Below are positions 1-9,207 of a DNA stretch of 61,696 bases, one piece after another. The notes below the pieces were generated by a model. It was not told where the DNA came from. It ran no database searches and was given only the letters and a program-made list of their open reading frames with translations. Numbering within the stretch: position 1 is the stretch's first letter; each line of letters starts with the position of its first letter. Position numbers and translations under genes: made by a program. Source of the DNA: an uncultured Mycoplasmatota bacterium (GTDB lineage: Bacteria > Bacillota_I > Bacilli_A > RF39 > UBA660); contig CAMKMS010000003.1 in NCBI GenBank assembly GCA_946413985.1, positions 1 to 61,696 of the forward strand, in the 5' to 3' direction.

Positions 1-30
1 AGATTATGATAATCAATTTATAATTAAAGA

Positions 31-55
31 AGAATAGATAAAACTATTCTTTTTT
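31..55 (+). terminator. Rho-independent terminator of a gene entering from the left window edge
   Basis: AGAATAG (31-37) pairs with CTATTCT (44-50): 7-bp stem, 6-nt loop, then TTTTT. An incoming partial frame stops at 35-37 (frame 2) or 21-23 (frame 3). Confidence 0.6.
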
Positions 56-82
56 AGTATTATATTTTAATTGTTTTTTATA

Positions 83-205
83 TGATAAAATCACAAAAGG
101 AACAACATATTATTATAAAGTAAGATCACGGATGATGGAAAAGAAGTATATAGTCCATTTAGTGATGTTAAATCTGTTAGAGACTTTAAAGTCTCTTTTT
201 TATTT
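83..205 (+). pseudogene. Decayed 3' remnant of a third Fn3 surface-protein paralog, including its terminator
   Basis: DNA aligns with 3226-3348. It reads DKITKGTTYYYKVRS, then a 1-nt frameshift, then DDGKEVYSPFSDVKSV (compare KGTTYYYKVRS...VYSPFSSVKSI at the end of the 240-3326 gene). The stop codon is lost. The same GAGACTTTAAAGTCTC hairpin plus T-run sits at 179-201. No upstream coding body is present. Confidence 0.7.
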
Positions 206-239
206 GTTATAATTTAAATATAATATAAAAGGAGAGTTT

Positions 240-3200
240 ATGAAGAAGAAATTAATATTTTTATTTGGATTAATTTTAAGTATTTTTTATACTAATATTT
301 ATGGATTAACTAAAAATGATGCAGAAAATATTCTTGATGATTTATCAAATGTTAAAGCATTTATGAATCATTATGAATATAATGAAAATAATGAAGATGC
401 TTACATAATTGATCTTAGTTTAATTAATATTGATAATACTCAATATAATAGAATTGAAGTTGAGAATTATTTGAAAGAAAATGAATGTGATTGGATAACT
501 AATGATGAAGATGAAGAAATAGATGTTAGTTGTTATGACTATTATAATGATGAAGGAGTATTAGAGGATTACTTAAAACTAATTGAAGGAAGATATAAAG
601 TTAAAAAATATGTTGAATCATTTGTTAATGAAAAAAATGAATTATTAACAGATGGATATCAATTATATTTTGATTTTTCTGCTGATGTATCTTATCCAAC
701 AGAAGATAATAGTTTTTATATATCCATTAAAAAGGATGATGAAGAATTAGTAACTAGAAAGTATTTGTTTATAACAAAAGAAATATATGATTATGCTTTA
801 AAATTAAAAAATGGATTGTCACTAACAAAAGTTAATAATGAATATCATATTGATTTTACTAATATCGTAAAACCAGAAATTAAATATAGAAGTGAAAATG
901 AAATTAGTGAAGAATATGAAAAATATTATGAAGAATGTTTAAATGATGAGGAAAGAGAAGATTGCGAAATACTATCTTCTGAAGTACTAGAAAAAGTTAT
1001 TGAAATTGAACATTTAAATGATCTAAATGATTCATATAAGGGAACTTTAAATGCAGTTCATAATAAATATCCTTTATTAGAAGATTTCTTTTTAGTTAAT
1101 GATGGATATTTATCATATGCTCCTGTTAGGTATGATGGTTATTATGTAGAAGTATTAAAAGTAAAAATTGATTTTGCAAATGTGGATGAAAGTATTAAAA
1201 ATGAAGTAGATGAGATAATTAATTCTTTTGAAGACATATATACTATTTCTCATTTACATATGATTAATATGAATTATCATTATGGCTCTTTACCTTTTGA
1301 AGGAGTAAATGATTTAGAATTAAATGAAATATTATTTAGATATAGCGATATTAAGAAAATTATTGAGAACAATAAAGATTTTAATTTTAGAGTGATGAGT
1401 AACGGTGGATATGGAGATGAGTTTGAAACAACTATTTATGCTACAATAGCAGTTTATAAAGATAATATACTGTATGCAACACGTATTATTAAATTAAAAG
1501 AATTAAAAGTTATATATGTAGATAAGAATGAAGAAGGAACTTTATTAGAAAAAACAAATGAAGTTTTAAATAATTATTTTAAAGGTGAAAATCCATATAG
1601 AACTATAGAAGCTCTTGATTGTCCTATTGATTATGATGATGAAGGTGAATGTCCAGTTGAAAAAGAATTCATTATTATTGAAAATGATGATTATTTTGAT
1701 GAATTAGTTAATAATGACTTGAAGAGTGAAGGGACTTATAAATACGGTGGTATTCTTTTATATGGTGACGATGAAGAATACGATTGGGTAATGGCTTGTG
1801 AAGTGAATTCAGAGTTAATTAAAAATGGAATTGTAGAGTCAACAGACGCAGAAAATGATGTAAGTATTGAAACAGATAGCTATGATGTTCCATTGGATGC
1901 AACTATTATTTCTGATGATGTATCTGATGAAGATTATGTATTATTAGCAGAAAATGATAATGAAATAAATATCATTAGTGCGTTTGATTTAAAACTATTT
2001 ATTAGTGGAAAACATAGTTATCTTAGTGCATTTAAATTTGGATTATATGTATATTTTCCAATAGTTGGAGATTTTAGTGAAGGTGATAAAGTAAATGTAG
2101 TTCATATATCTCATAATGGGGTAATAACAGAAGTAATTGAGGGAAGTATTGTTAAAGTAGGAAATAATTTATACGTTAAATTTTTAACAACTCATTTCTC
2201 TACGTTTGCATTAACGACTGATAGTGTAGAAATAAAAAATGAAGATATTGAAGTACCAACAATAAATATTAAAGCAAATAATAATAAATTAACACTTTCA
2301 TGGGATGAACAACAAACTATAAAAAAAGCAAATATCTATAGAAGTTTTGATGGTAAAAAATATAGTAAAGTTGATACTGTTGAAACAAATAGTTATTCTG
2401 ATAGTGGTTTAACATATGGAAAAACTTACTATTATAAAATTAAAGTATATGGAAATGGTAAATGGTCAAGTTTTTCAAATGTAGTTAAAAAGAAAGTATT
2501 ACCAAATAAAGTAACTGGATTAAATGTTTTAAGTATTTCTAGTACAAGTGTAAAAGTAGGATATGATAAGGTAAGTGTTAGTGGATATGAAATTCACTAT
2601 AGTACAGATAATAAAACATTTACTAAATTAGGAGTGCTAACAAGTAATAAGAAACTAGAGTATACTGCTAAATCATTAAAATCAAATAAAAAATATTACT
2701 TCAAAGTAAGAGCATATAAAACAGTTGATGGAAGTAAAGTATATGGAAGCTTTAGTAGTGTAGTAAGTGCAAAAACAGCACCTGCATCTGCTGAATTAAG
2801 TGTTAAATTAACAAACTATGATTCAATGCAAGTTACAATAGGAGAATCTAAGGGAGCTTCAGTTTATGTACTTGAAAAGAGTATTGATGGTGAAAATTAT
2901 GAATTAGTAGAAGAACTACCAAAATATGGAAATATTGATCAGACTGAACAAGAGATGGGAGTAACATATTACTTTAGAGTAAAAGCATGTAATAAAGATG
3001 ATAATTGTTCATCTTGGACAAAAGTTAGTTTAAAACAAACAACAATGAAACCAACATTTACATTAACAACAAAGAGTAAGAAAGTAATAGTAAATGTTAG
3101 TAAAGTAGAAGGCGCAAGCGGATATCAAATATATAGATCAACTAAAAAGGGTGGAAAATATACTAAAGTAAAAGAATTCACTAGCGTTGAAGAATTATTA

Positions 3201-3326
3201 AAGTATGTTGATAAAACTAAAAAAGGAACAACATATTACTATAAAGTAAGAAGTTTTGCTTTAAATAGTGAAGAAAAGAATGTATATAGTCCATTTAGTA
3301 GTGTTAAATCAATAACAAGTAAATAA
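240..3326 (+). CDS. Large secreted surface protein: signal peptide, acidic N-terminal region, four C-terminal fibronectin type III domains
   Basis: 1028-aa ORF with GGAGAG RBS. N-terminus MKKKLIFLFGLILSIFYTNIYG looks like a signal peptide. The C-terminal ~355 aa hold four Fn3-like repeats (LSWDEQ...YYYKIKVYG, GYEIHYSTDNK...YYFKVRAYK, YYFRVKACN, GYQIYRS...YYYKVRSF). I saw no LPXTG motif and no C-terminal TM helix. Confidence 0.8.
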   Translation: MKKKLIFLFGLILSIFYTNIYGLTKNDAENILDDLSNVKAFMNHYEYNENNEDAYIIDLSLINIDNTQYNRIEVENYLKENECDWITNDEDEEIDVSCYDYYNDEGVLEDYLKLIEGRYKVKKYVESFVNEKNELLTDGYQLYFDFSADVSYPTEDNSFYISIKKDDEELVTRKYLFITKEIYDYALKLKNGLSLTKVNNEYHIDFTNIVKPEIKYRSENEISEEYEKYYEECLNDEEREDCEILSSEVLEKVIEIEHLNDLNDSYKGTLNAVHNKYPLLEDFFLVNDGYLSYAPVRYDGYYVEVLKVKIDFANVDESIKNEVDEIINSFEDIYTISHLHMINMNYHYGSLPFEGVNDLELNEILFRYSDIKKIIENNKDFNFRVMSNGGYGDEFETTIYATIAVYKDNILYATRIIKLKELKVIYVDKNEEGTLLEKTNEVLNNYFKGENPYRTIEALDCPIDYDDEGECPVEKEFIIIENDDYFDELVNNDLKSEGTYKYGGILLYGDDEEYDWVMACEVNSELIKNGIVESTDAENDVSIETDSYDVPLDATIISDDVSDEDYVLLAENDNEINIISAFDLKLFISGKHSYLSAFKFGLYVYFPIVGDFSEGDKVNVVHISHNGVITEVIEGSIVKVGNNLYVKFLTTHFSTFALTTDSVEIKNEDIEVPTINIKANNNKLTLSWDEQQTIKKANIYRSFDGKKYSKVDTVETNSYSDSGLTYGKTYYYKIKVYGNGKWSSFSNVVKKKVLPNKVTGLNVLSISSTSVKVGYDKVSVSGYEIHYSTDNKTFTKLGVLTSNKKLEYTAKSLKSNKKYYFKVRAYKTVDGSKVYGSFSSVVSAKTAPASAELSVKLTNYDSMQVTIGESKGASVYVLEKSIDGENYELVEELPKYGNIDQTEQEMGVTYYFRVKACNKDDNCSSWTKVSLKQTTMKPTFTLTTKSKKVIVNVSKVEGASGYQIYRSTKKGGKYTKVKEFTSVEELLKYVDKTKKGTTYYYKVRSFALNSEEKNVYSPFSSVKSITSK

Positions 3327-3348
3327 GAGACTTTAAAGTCTCTTTTTT
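3326..3348 (+). terminator. Rho-independent terminator
   Basis: AGAGACTT/AAGTCTCT palindrome immediately after the stop codon, followed by TTTTTT. Confidence 0.75.
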
Positions 3349-3387
3349 GTTTGATATATGTTATAATTATTTGAGGATGTGATAAAA

Positions 3388-4083
3388 ATGAATAATAATC
3401 AAACGAATTTTAGTGAACCAGTTCCTAGTTTAGGAAGTATTCCATCTTATAATGGAATACCTACTTTTAATATACCTAGTATACCTGTAAAAATGCCAAC
3501 TATTTCTATAGATATTTCTAATCCTCAAAGTGTAATAGTGCCTCAAAATCAAGCTGTTGTTAATAGCAAATTCAAACCTATGAATACTGGTATACCAATT
3601 AGTGAAATAGAAAACAATCCAAATTATAATCCAGAGGCAATGATTGGTAAACTTAAAAGTCAAAGTACATATGAAGAAGGAAAGTATTCACAAGATGAGG
3701 AGTTGGAACTTGCTCGTGCATTTACTAAGCAGTCATATGATTATTATGCTAAACAAAGAAAAAACACTTCTCCTGAAGCTGATAGATTAATGACTAAAGT
3801 TAAAAATGGTTATGAATTAACTGAAGATGAAATACTTGAACTTACATCTACATATGAAGACTATAAAAAATATAAAGAAACTATTGGATCAATAGAAGAA
3901 AGAAAAAGACCTTTTACAGAGATAAGAGAAAGATTAAAAAGTGGAACTGTTACAATGGAAGATTTAGATTTCTTAATTGAACAAAGCGGTTTTGATGTAG
4001 ATATGGCTAATAATATAAGACAAAGCTTTATGAGTAGTGGAAAAATAGTTGATAGCTATGAAGAAGACAATATGAAATTATAA
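3388..4083 (+). CDS. Hypothetical protein with a Pro/Ile/Ser-rich N-terminus and a helical C-terminus
   Basis: ORF track starts at GTG 3379. ATG 3388 lies about 9 nt after a GAGGATG RBS. The N-terminus has repeated IPS/IPT motifs. No family recognised. Confidence 0.55.
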   Translation: MNNNQTNFSEPVPSLGSIPSYNGIPTFNIPSIPVKMPTISIDISNPQSVIVPQNQAVVNSKFKPMNTGIPISEIENNPNYNPEAMIGKLKSQSTYEEGKYSQDEELELARAFTKQSYDYYAKQRKNTSPEADRLMTKVKNGYELTEDEILELTSTYEDYKKYKETIGSIEERKRPFTEIRERLKSGTVTMEDLDFLIEQSGFDVDMANNIRQSFMSSGKIVDSYEEDNMKL

Positions 4084-4166
4084 TTAATGTCTAATGATGT
4101 GTATATTATAGATAAATCAAGTAGTTATAATTTATAGTTGTGATATTATATAATTAGGGTGATTTT

Positions 4167-5483
4167 ATGGAAAGTATTTTATATATTATTTCTGATGTAA
4201 GTATTCTTAATAATTTAGAAATAAATATTTATAATAAAGAGTTTTTTAGTAAACATATTGATATAGAAAAATTAAATAAAATAATTATAATTAAAGAAGT
4301 ATATAATAGATTGATTTCTTTATTTGGAGATAGATTTAGTGAACAGAATTTAAATCGTTTTAATGAAAAAGATGAAGAAGTAAAAAAAGCTCAAAAAAGA
4401 ATAAATACTTGTATTTCTGAATCACAAGAATTGGAAAGAAGAAGAGTAGAATTATCAAAAAAACAAGAATTATTATATAGTGAAGATAAATTTGATGAGA
4501 ATAAAATTACTACTATAGAAAATGAATTAAATGATATATCTAAACAATTAGTTGAAAAGAAATCAGAACTTAAAAAACTAATTAATACTAAAAGAAGTTT
4601 AATGGGTCAAAAGAGAAAAAATGATGCGTTTAAAAGAGGTTATGATAGTAGAATAAAAGATGAATATAAAATATTATCAAAACATCTTAAAGACTTCGAT
4701 ATAAGTAGTTTAAGTATATTGGATGTATTAACAAGTGAAGAATTATTAAAAGAATATGAAGAAGGTTTAAAGCAAATATTACCAAATGAAAAACAAAGAA
4801 AAACATATTTAAATTATTTTAAATCTATATTAACATCTGAAGTAAGTAATACTAAGTCAATTATTGAAACTGCTGTAGATTATCAAAAAAGAGCAAATGA
4901 AGATAATTTATATCATTTAGCTGATTTGGATGAAAAGAATAATCAAATGTTTGAAGCACATCATATTTTAAGTGATATTAATTATATTATTTCATTTGAT
5001 TTTAATCCAGGATTCTTTGATAATATGAAGAAAGGATCAAAAGTAGTAGCAAGTGAAAAAATGATTAGTGCATTTAATGAAATAAAAGGATTTATTGATA
5101 AAGCACTAGAATATGCTCTTAATTATGAAAAATATCGTAGTGATTCAAAACTGGAGCAAACTGCTTTTAATGAGCTAATCTCGATGATTAATAAAATATA
5201 TGAAAGAAATAATAAGAAGAGACCTAAAATATTGGGAATTATTCCTAGAAATGGTTTTTCAAGTATAGAAAGTTTTGCTTATGAAGATGTGGCTATAAAG
5301 TTATATGAGTGGTATTTATTAAAAATACATGATAGGATGAAAAAACATTCAAATAAAAAAGAATTAAATGCTTCTTCTAATCCAAAATTTAAAAAAGTTG
5401 AAGGTAAAAAAGAAATAGTAATAAGTGAAGTAGTTCAAGTGCAAAATGAAACATTAGAGGACGATACTTCATTAAGAATGTAA
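4167..5483 (+). CDS. Hypothetical coiled-coil protein (438 aa)
   Basis: GGGTGA RBS 5 nt before the ATG. K/E-rich heptad-like segments. No TM helix or signal peptide. No family recognised. Confidence 0.6.
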   Translation: MESILYIISDVSILNNLEINIYNKEFFSKHIDIEKLNKIIIIKEVYNRLISLFGDRFSEQNLNRFNEKDEEVKKAQKRINTCISESQELERRRVELSKKQELLYSEDKFDENKITTIENELNDISKQLVEKKSELKKLINTKRSLMGQKRKNDAFKRGYDSRIKDEYKILSKHLKDFDISSLSILDVLTSEELLKEYEEGLKQILPNEKQRKTYLNYFKSILTSEVSNTKSIIETAVDYQKRANEDNLYHLADLDEKNNQMFEAHHILSDINYIISFDFNPGFFDNMKKGSKVVASEKMISAFNEIKGFIDKALEYALNYEKYRSDSKLEQTAFNELISMINKIYERNNKKRPKILGIIPRNGFSSIESFAYEDVAIKLYEWYLLKIHDRMKKHSNKKELNASSNPKFKKVEGKKEIVISEVVQVQNETLEDDTSLRM

Positions 5484-5484
5484 A

Positions 5485-5505
5485 AGCACAGAAATGTGCT
5501 TTTTT
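5485..5505 (+). terminator. Rho-independent terminator
   Basis: AGCACA-gaaa-TGTGCT hairpin followed by TTTTT, directly after the stop at 5483. Confidence 0.7.
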
Positions 5506-5586
5506 ATTGTATAAAAAAAATAATTTTATGATAAAATAAGAGTGTATTATTTCATTAATTATAATATTAGGAAGGAGGATATATTA

Positions 5587-8223
5587 ATGAAAAAACATTT
5601 AAAACTATTTGTAATGGCAATATTAGTAATGGTGTTGTTGCCATTATATGTATTTGCTGATGATACTCGTACAGTTATATCACATGTTGAAGTTACTTCA
5701 AATATGGGAATACCTACTTATGGAGGAGAAGCAAAAACATATTATACTTATTCTACATCTATTGGTGAACCTGCATATGTAACACCACACATGGGAGGAT
5801 GGTATAAAAAGAATGGGGATTCTTGGAATAGTTATAATGGAAGTGTGTTTAGAGAAGGGACATATAGATATGGTAATCAATTAAGAATTGATGATGGAGG
5901 TAATGAATATAAGTTAGATGAAAATCCAGAACTATTAATTGATGGACATAGTTGGACTTTAAGTGGTGGTATGTCTATTGAATCATCTTATTCAATGGGA
6001 TACTTTTATTCACCAGAATATGAAGTTGAAAAAAATGATAGTTTAGAATTAACTTTTATTTATAATAGTAAACTTAATATTGGTGCAAATTATGTTAATC
6101 ATGCAATTGAACAGTATAGTGTTTTAGATGCTGTTATAGGTGGTACAGAACCTTATACATTCCAAAAAATTTCTGGACCAGGATGGGTAAGTGTATCAGC
6201 TGATGGAAAAATTAGTGGTACACCTACAGCAGTAGGAAATAATGATAATTTAGTAGTAAGAGTAACTGATGCAACAAGTGCATATAAAGAAATAACAATT
6301 AATGTTGCTAAAACAAAAATGAATCCAGAAGATAGAAATACAGTATTACACGTGGAAGCTACATCAAATATGGGAACGCCTATTTATGGAGGAGAAGTAA
6401 AGACATATTATACTTATACAACTAATGTTGGTCTTCCTGCATATGTAACACCACATATGGGAGCATGGTATAAAAAGGATGGTAGTAATTGGGTTAATTA
6501 TAATAAATCTACATTTGAAGAAGGAACATATAGATATGGTAATCAATTAAGAATTGACGAAGGATCTGATACAAATAAACTTGATGATAATACGGAATTA
6601 TTAATTGATGGACAAAATTGGACATTAAGTGATTCAATGACTGTGGAACCAGATTATTCTGCAGGCTATTATTATTCACCAGAGTATGTAGTTGAAAAAC
6701 ATGTAGTAAGGACAATTAGTGTTTCTTATGATGAAAGAAGAGTACCATTTGTTAAAGATGCTACAACATCTTATTTCATGGATTGGATAAGAAATAATGC
6801 TAAATCAAGTACTAAAGAATTATTCGTATATGATAATCTTAATACAGTGTTATATACTATTAATGGTTCTAATCTTTCTTATAAACAGGAATCAGAAGAT
6901 GAATTATTAGGAAGTGAAAATGAATATGCTATTCTATATAGCTTAGGTTTTGAAGAAGAGGGCTTAGTATTTCCTGATAATGTAACAGTACTAAGTTATG
7001 ATTCTCAAGTACCAATTGATGAATTAGAAGGATTAACTTTTATTCTTAATGGTATAGAACGCCATGATGTTTATGTATCATACAGCGATTATTGGAATTG
7101 CATTATGATACATGTACCAATGGGGCATGCAAAAGATAAAATGGATTTATATGAACCAACAGTTAAATTAACTAGTAGTAATAATACAATAACTGCTTCA
7201 TGGGATAGTCAATTTTCAGCAATAAAATATAGAGTATATAGAAGTTTAGATAATAAAAAATGGACTAAATTAGGTGATACAACTGAAACAAGTTATTTAG
7301 ATAAAAAATTAACATATGGTCAAAAATATTATTATAAAGTAAAAGCATATGATGGAAGTACATGGTCTAAAAATTCAGAGTCAGTTGGTAAAAAAGTTGT
7401 TCCAAATAAAGTAGAGAACTTAAAAGTAGTAAGTGCTAGTTCAAATAATGTTAAACTTGGATATGATAAAGTAGCAGTAACTGGATATGAAATATATAGT
7501 AGTACTGATAATAAAAAATGGAGTAAAGCTGCTACAATAACTAAAAATACTACGCTTGAATATAATATTAAAAAACTAAAAGCAAATAAAACATATTATT
7601 TTAAAGTAAGAGCATATAAAACAGTAAGTGGTAAAAAAGTATATGGATCATTTAGTAGTGTATTAAGTACAAAAACTGCTCCAGATAAACCAGGATTAAA
7701 ATTAAGTATATATGATCTTGAATCAATAGATTATAATATAACTGCTTCAAAGGGAGCAAGCTATTATGTAGTAGAAGAAGGCTTAGATGGAAAAACTTAT
7801 GATAATTCATTTAATGTAACTGAAGCTAATACATATAGAATGGAATTACTTGAATTTGGAAAAATATATTATTTTAGAGTAAAAGCTTGTAATAGTGAAA
7901 ATAGATGTAGTGGATGGACAACAGCTAAATTAAAATTAACAACGAAAAAACCAGGTTTAAGTTTAAAAACAAGTAGTGGAAAAATAACAGCTACTATAAC
8001 AAGCGTAGAAGGTGCAGATGGCTATCAATTATATATGTCTATGAGTAAAAATGAAGGGTATCAAAAAGTAAAAGAATTTACAACTTCAGAAGAGTTAATG
8101 AAATATACTATGAAGACTTATAGTGGATTTACATATTATTTCAAAGTAAGAAGTTATAAAAAAGTAGATGGTAAACCTGTATATAGTCCATTTAGTAGTA
8201 TTAAATCAATTAAAAGTAAATAA
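5587..8223 (+). CDS. Large secreted surface protein: signal peptide, duplicated ~120-aa N-terminal domain flanking an Ig-like segment, four C-terminal Fn3 domains (paralog of 240-3326)
   Basis: ATG 5587 follows a GGAAGGAGG RBS; the ORF-track start at 5542 is probably too far upstream. Signal-like MKKHLKLFVMAILVMVLLPLYVFA. The segment YTFQKISGPGWVSVSADGKISGTPTAVG resembles a putative-Ig (He_PIG-like) domain. The C-terminal Fn3 module appears roughly two-thirds identical by eye to that of the first gene. Confidence 0.8.
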   Translation: MKKHLKLFVMAILVMVLLPLYVFADDTRTVISHVEVTSNMGIPTYGGEAKTYYTYSTSIGEPAYVTPHMGGWYKKNGDSWNSYNGSVFREGTYRYGNQLRIDDGGNEYKLDENPELLIDGHSWTLSGGMSIESSYSMGYFYSPEYEVEKNDSLELTFIYNSKLNIGANYVNHAIEQYSVLDAVIGGTEPYTFQKISGPGWVSVSADGKISGTPTAVGNNDNLVVRVTDATSAYKEITINVAKTKMNPEDRNTVLHVEATSNMGTPIYGGEVKTYYTYTTNVGLPAYVTPHMGAWYKKDGSNWVNYNKSTFEEGTYRYGNQLRIDEGSDTNKLDDNTELLIDGQNWTLSDSMTVEPDYSAGYYYSPEYVVEKHVVRTISVSYDERRVPFVKDATTSYFMDWIRNNAKSSTKELFVYDNLNTVLYTINGSNLSYKQESEDELLGSENEYAILYSLGFEEEGLVFPDNVTVLSYDSQVPIDELEGLTFILNGIERHDVYVSYSDYWNCIMIHVPMGHAKDKMDLYEPTVKLTSSNNTITASWDSQFSAIKYRVYRSLDNKKWTKLGDTTETSYLDKKLTYGQKYYYKVKAYDGSTWSKNSESVGKKVVPNKVENLKVVSASSNNVKLGYDKVAVTGYEIYSSTDNKKWSKAATITKNTTLEYNIKKLKANKTYYFKVRAYKTVSGKKVYGSFSSVLSTKTAPDKPGLKLSIYDLESIDYNITASKGASYYVVEEGLDGKTYDNSFNVTEANTYRMELLEFGKIYYFRVKACNSENRCSGWTTAKLKLTTKKPGLSLKTSSGKITATITSVEGADGYQLYMSMSKNEGYQKVKEFTTSEELMKYTMKTYSGFTYYFKVRSYKKVDGKPVYSPFSSIKSIKSK
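5668..6699 (+). repeat. Intragenic duplication of a ~120-aa domain (copy A 5668-6033, copy B 6334-6699)
   Basis: Copy A: HVEVTSNMGIPTYGGEAKTYYTYSTSIGEPAYVTPHMGGWYKK...GTYRYGNQLRID...SPEYEVEK. Copy B: HVEATSNMGTPIYGGEVKTYYTYTTNVGLPAYVTPHMGAWYKK...GTYRYGNQLRID...SPEYVVEK. Confidence 0.85.
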
Positions 8224-8244
8224 GCACATTAAATGTGCTTTTTT
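8224..8244 (+). terminator. Rho-independent terminator
   Basis: GCACATT/AATGTGC inverted repeat followed by TTTTTT, right after the stop at 8223. Confidence 0.65.
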
Positions 8245-8267
8245 CATATAATACTTTAGGTGATATT

Positions 8268-9164
8268 ATGGCATTAAAGGGGGTTATCATAGATCCTGGA
8301 CATGGTGGAAAAGATAGTGGTGCAGTAGGTAATGGAATTGTTGAAAAGGATTATGCTTTAAAAATTAGTAAGTATATGTATGATAGATTTAAAGAATTAG
8401 GCATTCCTGTTAGATTAACTAGAGATAGTGATATTACTTTATCTCCAAAAGAAAGGATAAAAGAAATCAAAAAATATTTTGATAGAACTAAAAATACAAT
8501 AGTTGTATCTAATCATTTAAATGCTGGTAAGGGTGATGGTGCAGAAGTAATATATGCATTAAGAGATAAAAATACTCTTGCTAAAAAGATTCTTAATAAT
8601 ATAGAATCGTCTGGTCAAAATGCAAGGAAGTATTATCAATTAAGACTTCCTAATAATTCTAGTAAAGATTATTATTTTATTCATAGGGATACCCCAAATA
8701 ATGAGAGTATTATAGTTGAATATGGTTTTGTTGACAGTCCTAAGGATGATGTTAGTCAAATTAAAAATAACTATAAAGCTTATGCTGAAGCAGTTGTAAA
8801 GGCTATATGTGAATATAAGGGTATAAAATATACTAAACCTAAAAATATTACACTCAATAATAATAATTCGGGTGTAAAAAATGATTATTTTACATATTCT
8901 GTTAAAAAAGGTGACACATTATGGGATATAGCAAGATTATATAATACAAGTGTTGATAATATTAAAAAATTAAACAACCTTAATAATAATTCTCTTAAAA
9001 TTGGACAGGTATTAAAAATACCAGGACAGTTATATATAGTTAAAAAGGGTGATAGTTTATGGAAGATAGCAAAGAATAATAATACAACTATTAACTCTTT
9101 ACTAAAAGCAAATAATCTTAAAAATACTACTTTAAAAGTAGGACAAGAGCTAATAATTATTTGA
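8268..9164 (+). CDS. N-acetylmuramoyl-L-alanine amidase (Amidase_3 type) with two C-terminal LysM domains
   Basis: ATG 8268 follows a GGTGA RBS. The N-terminus VIIDPGHGGKDSGAVGNG is the classic Amidase_3 start. Two LysM-like repeats: YSVKKGDTLWDIARLYNTSVDNIKKLNNL... and YIVKKGDSLWKIAKNNNTTINSLLKANNL... Confidence 0.85.
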   Translation: MALKGVIIDPGHGGKDSGAVGNGIVEKDYALKISKYMYDRFKELGIPVRLTRDSDITLSPKERIKEIKKYFDRTKNTIVVSNHLNAGKGDGAEVIYALRDKNTLAKKILNNIESSGQNARKYYQLRLPNNSSKDYYFIHRDTPNNESIIVEYGFVDSPKDDVSQIKNNYKAYAEAVVKAICEYKGIKYTKPKNITLNNNNSGVKNDYFTYSVKKGDTLWDIARLYNTSVDNIKKLNNLNNNSLKIGQVLKIPGQLYIVKKGDSLWKIAKNNNTTINSLLKANNLKNTTLKVGQELIII

Positions 9165-9207
9165 AAAAAATTATAATTATAGTATAATTATATCGATGGT
9201 GGAAGTT

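Noticed and set aside
3430-3663. 77-aa antisense ORF inside the 3388-4083 gene
   Set aside because: It is fully embedded antisense to a longer ORF. The product is Ile/Tyr/Arg/Phe-rich, typical of reverse-frame translation of AT-rich coding DNA, and there is no RBS.
5698-6546. Two near-identical 60-aa minus-strand ORFs (5698-5880 and 6364-6546), plus 6509-6715
   Set aside because: Their similarity simply mirrors the plus-strand intragenic domain duplication. They lie antisense within a strongly supported 878-aa gene and show no independent signals.
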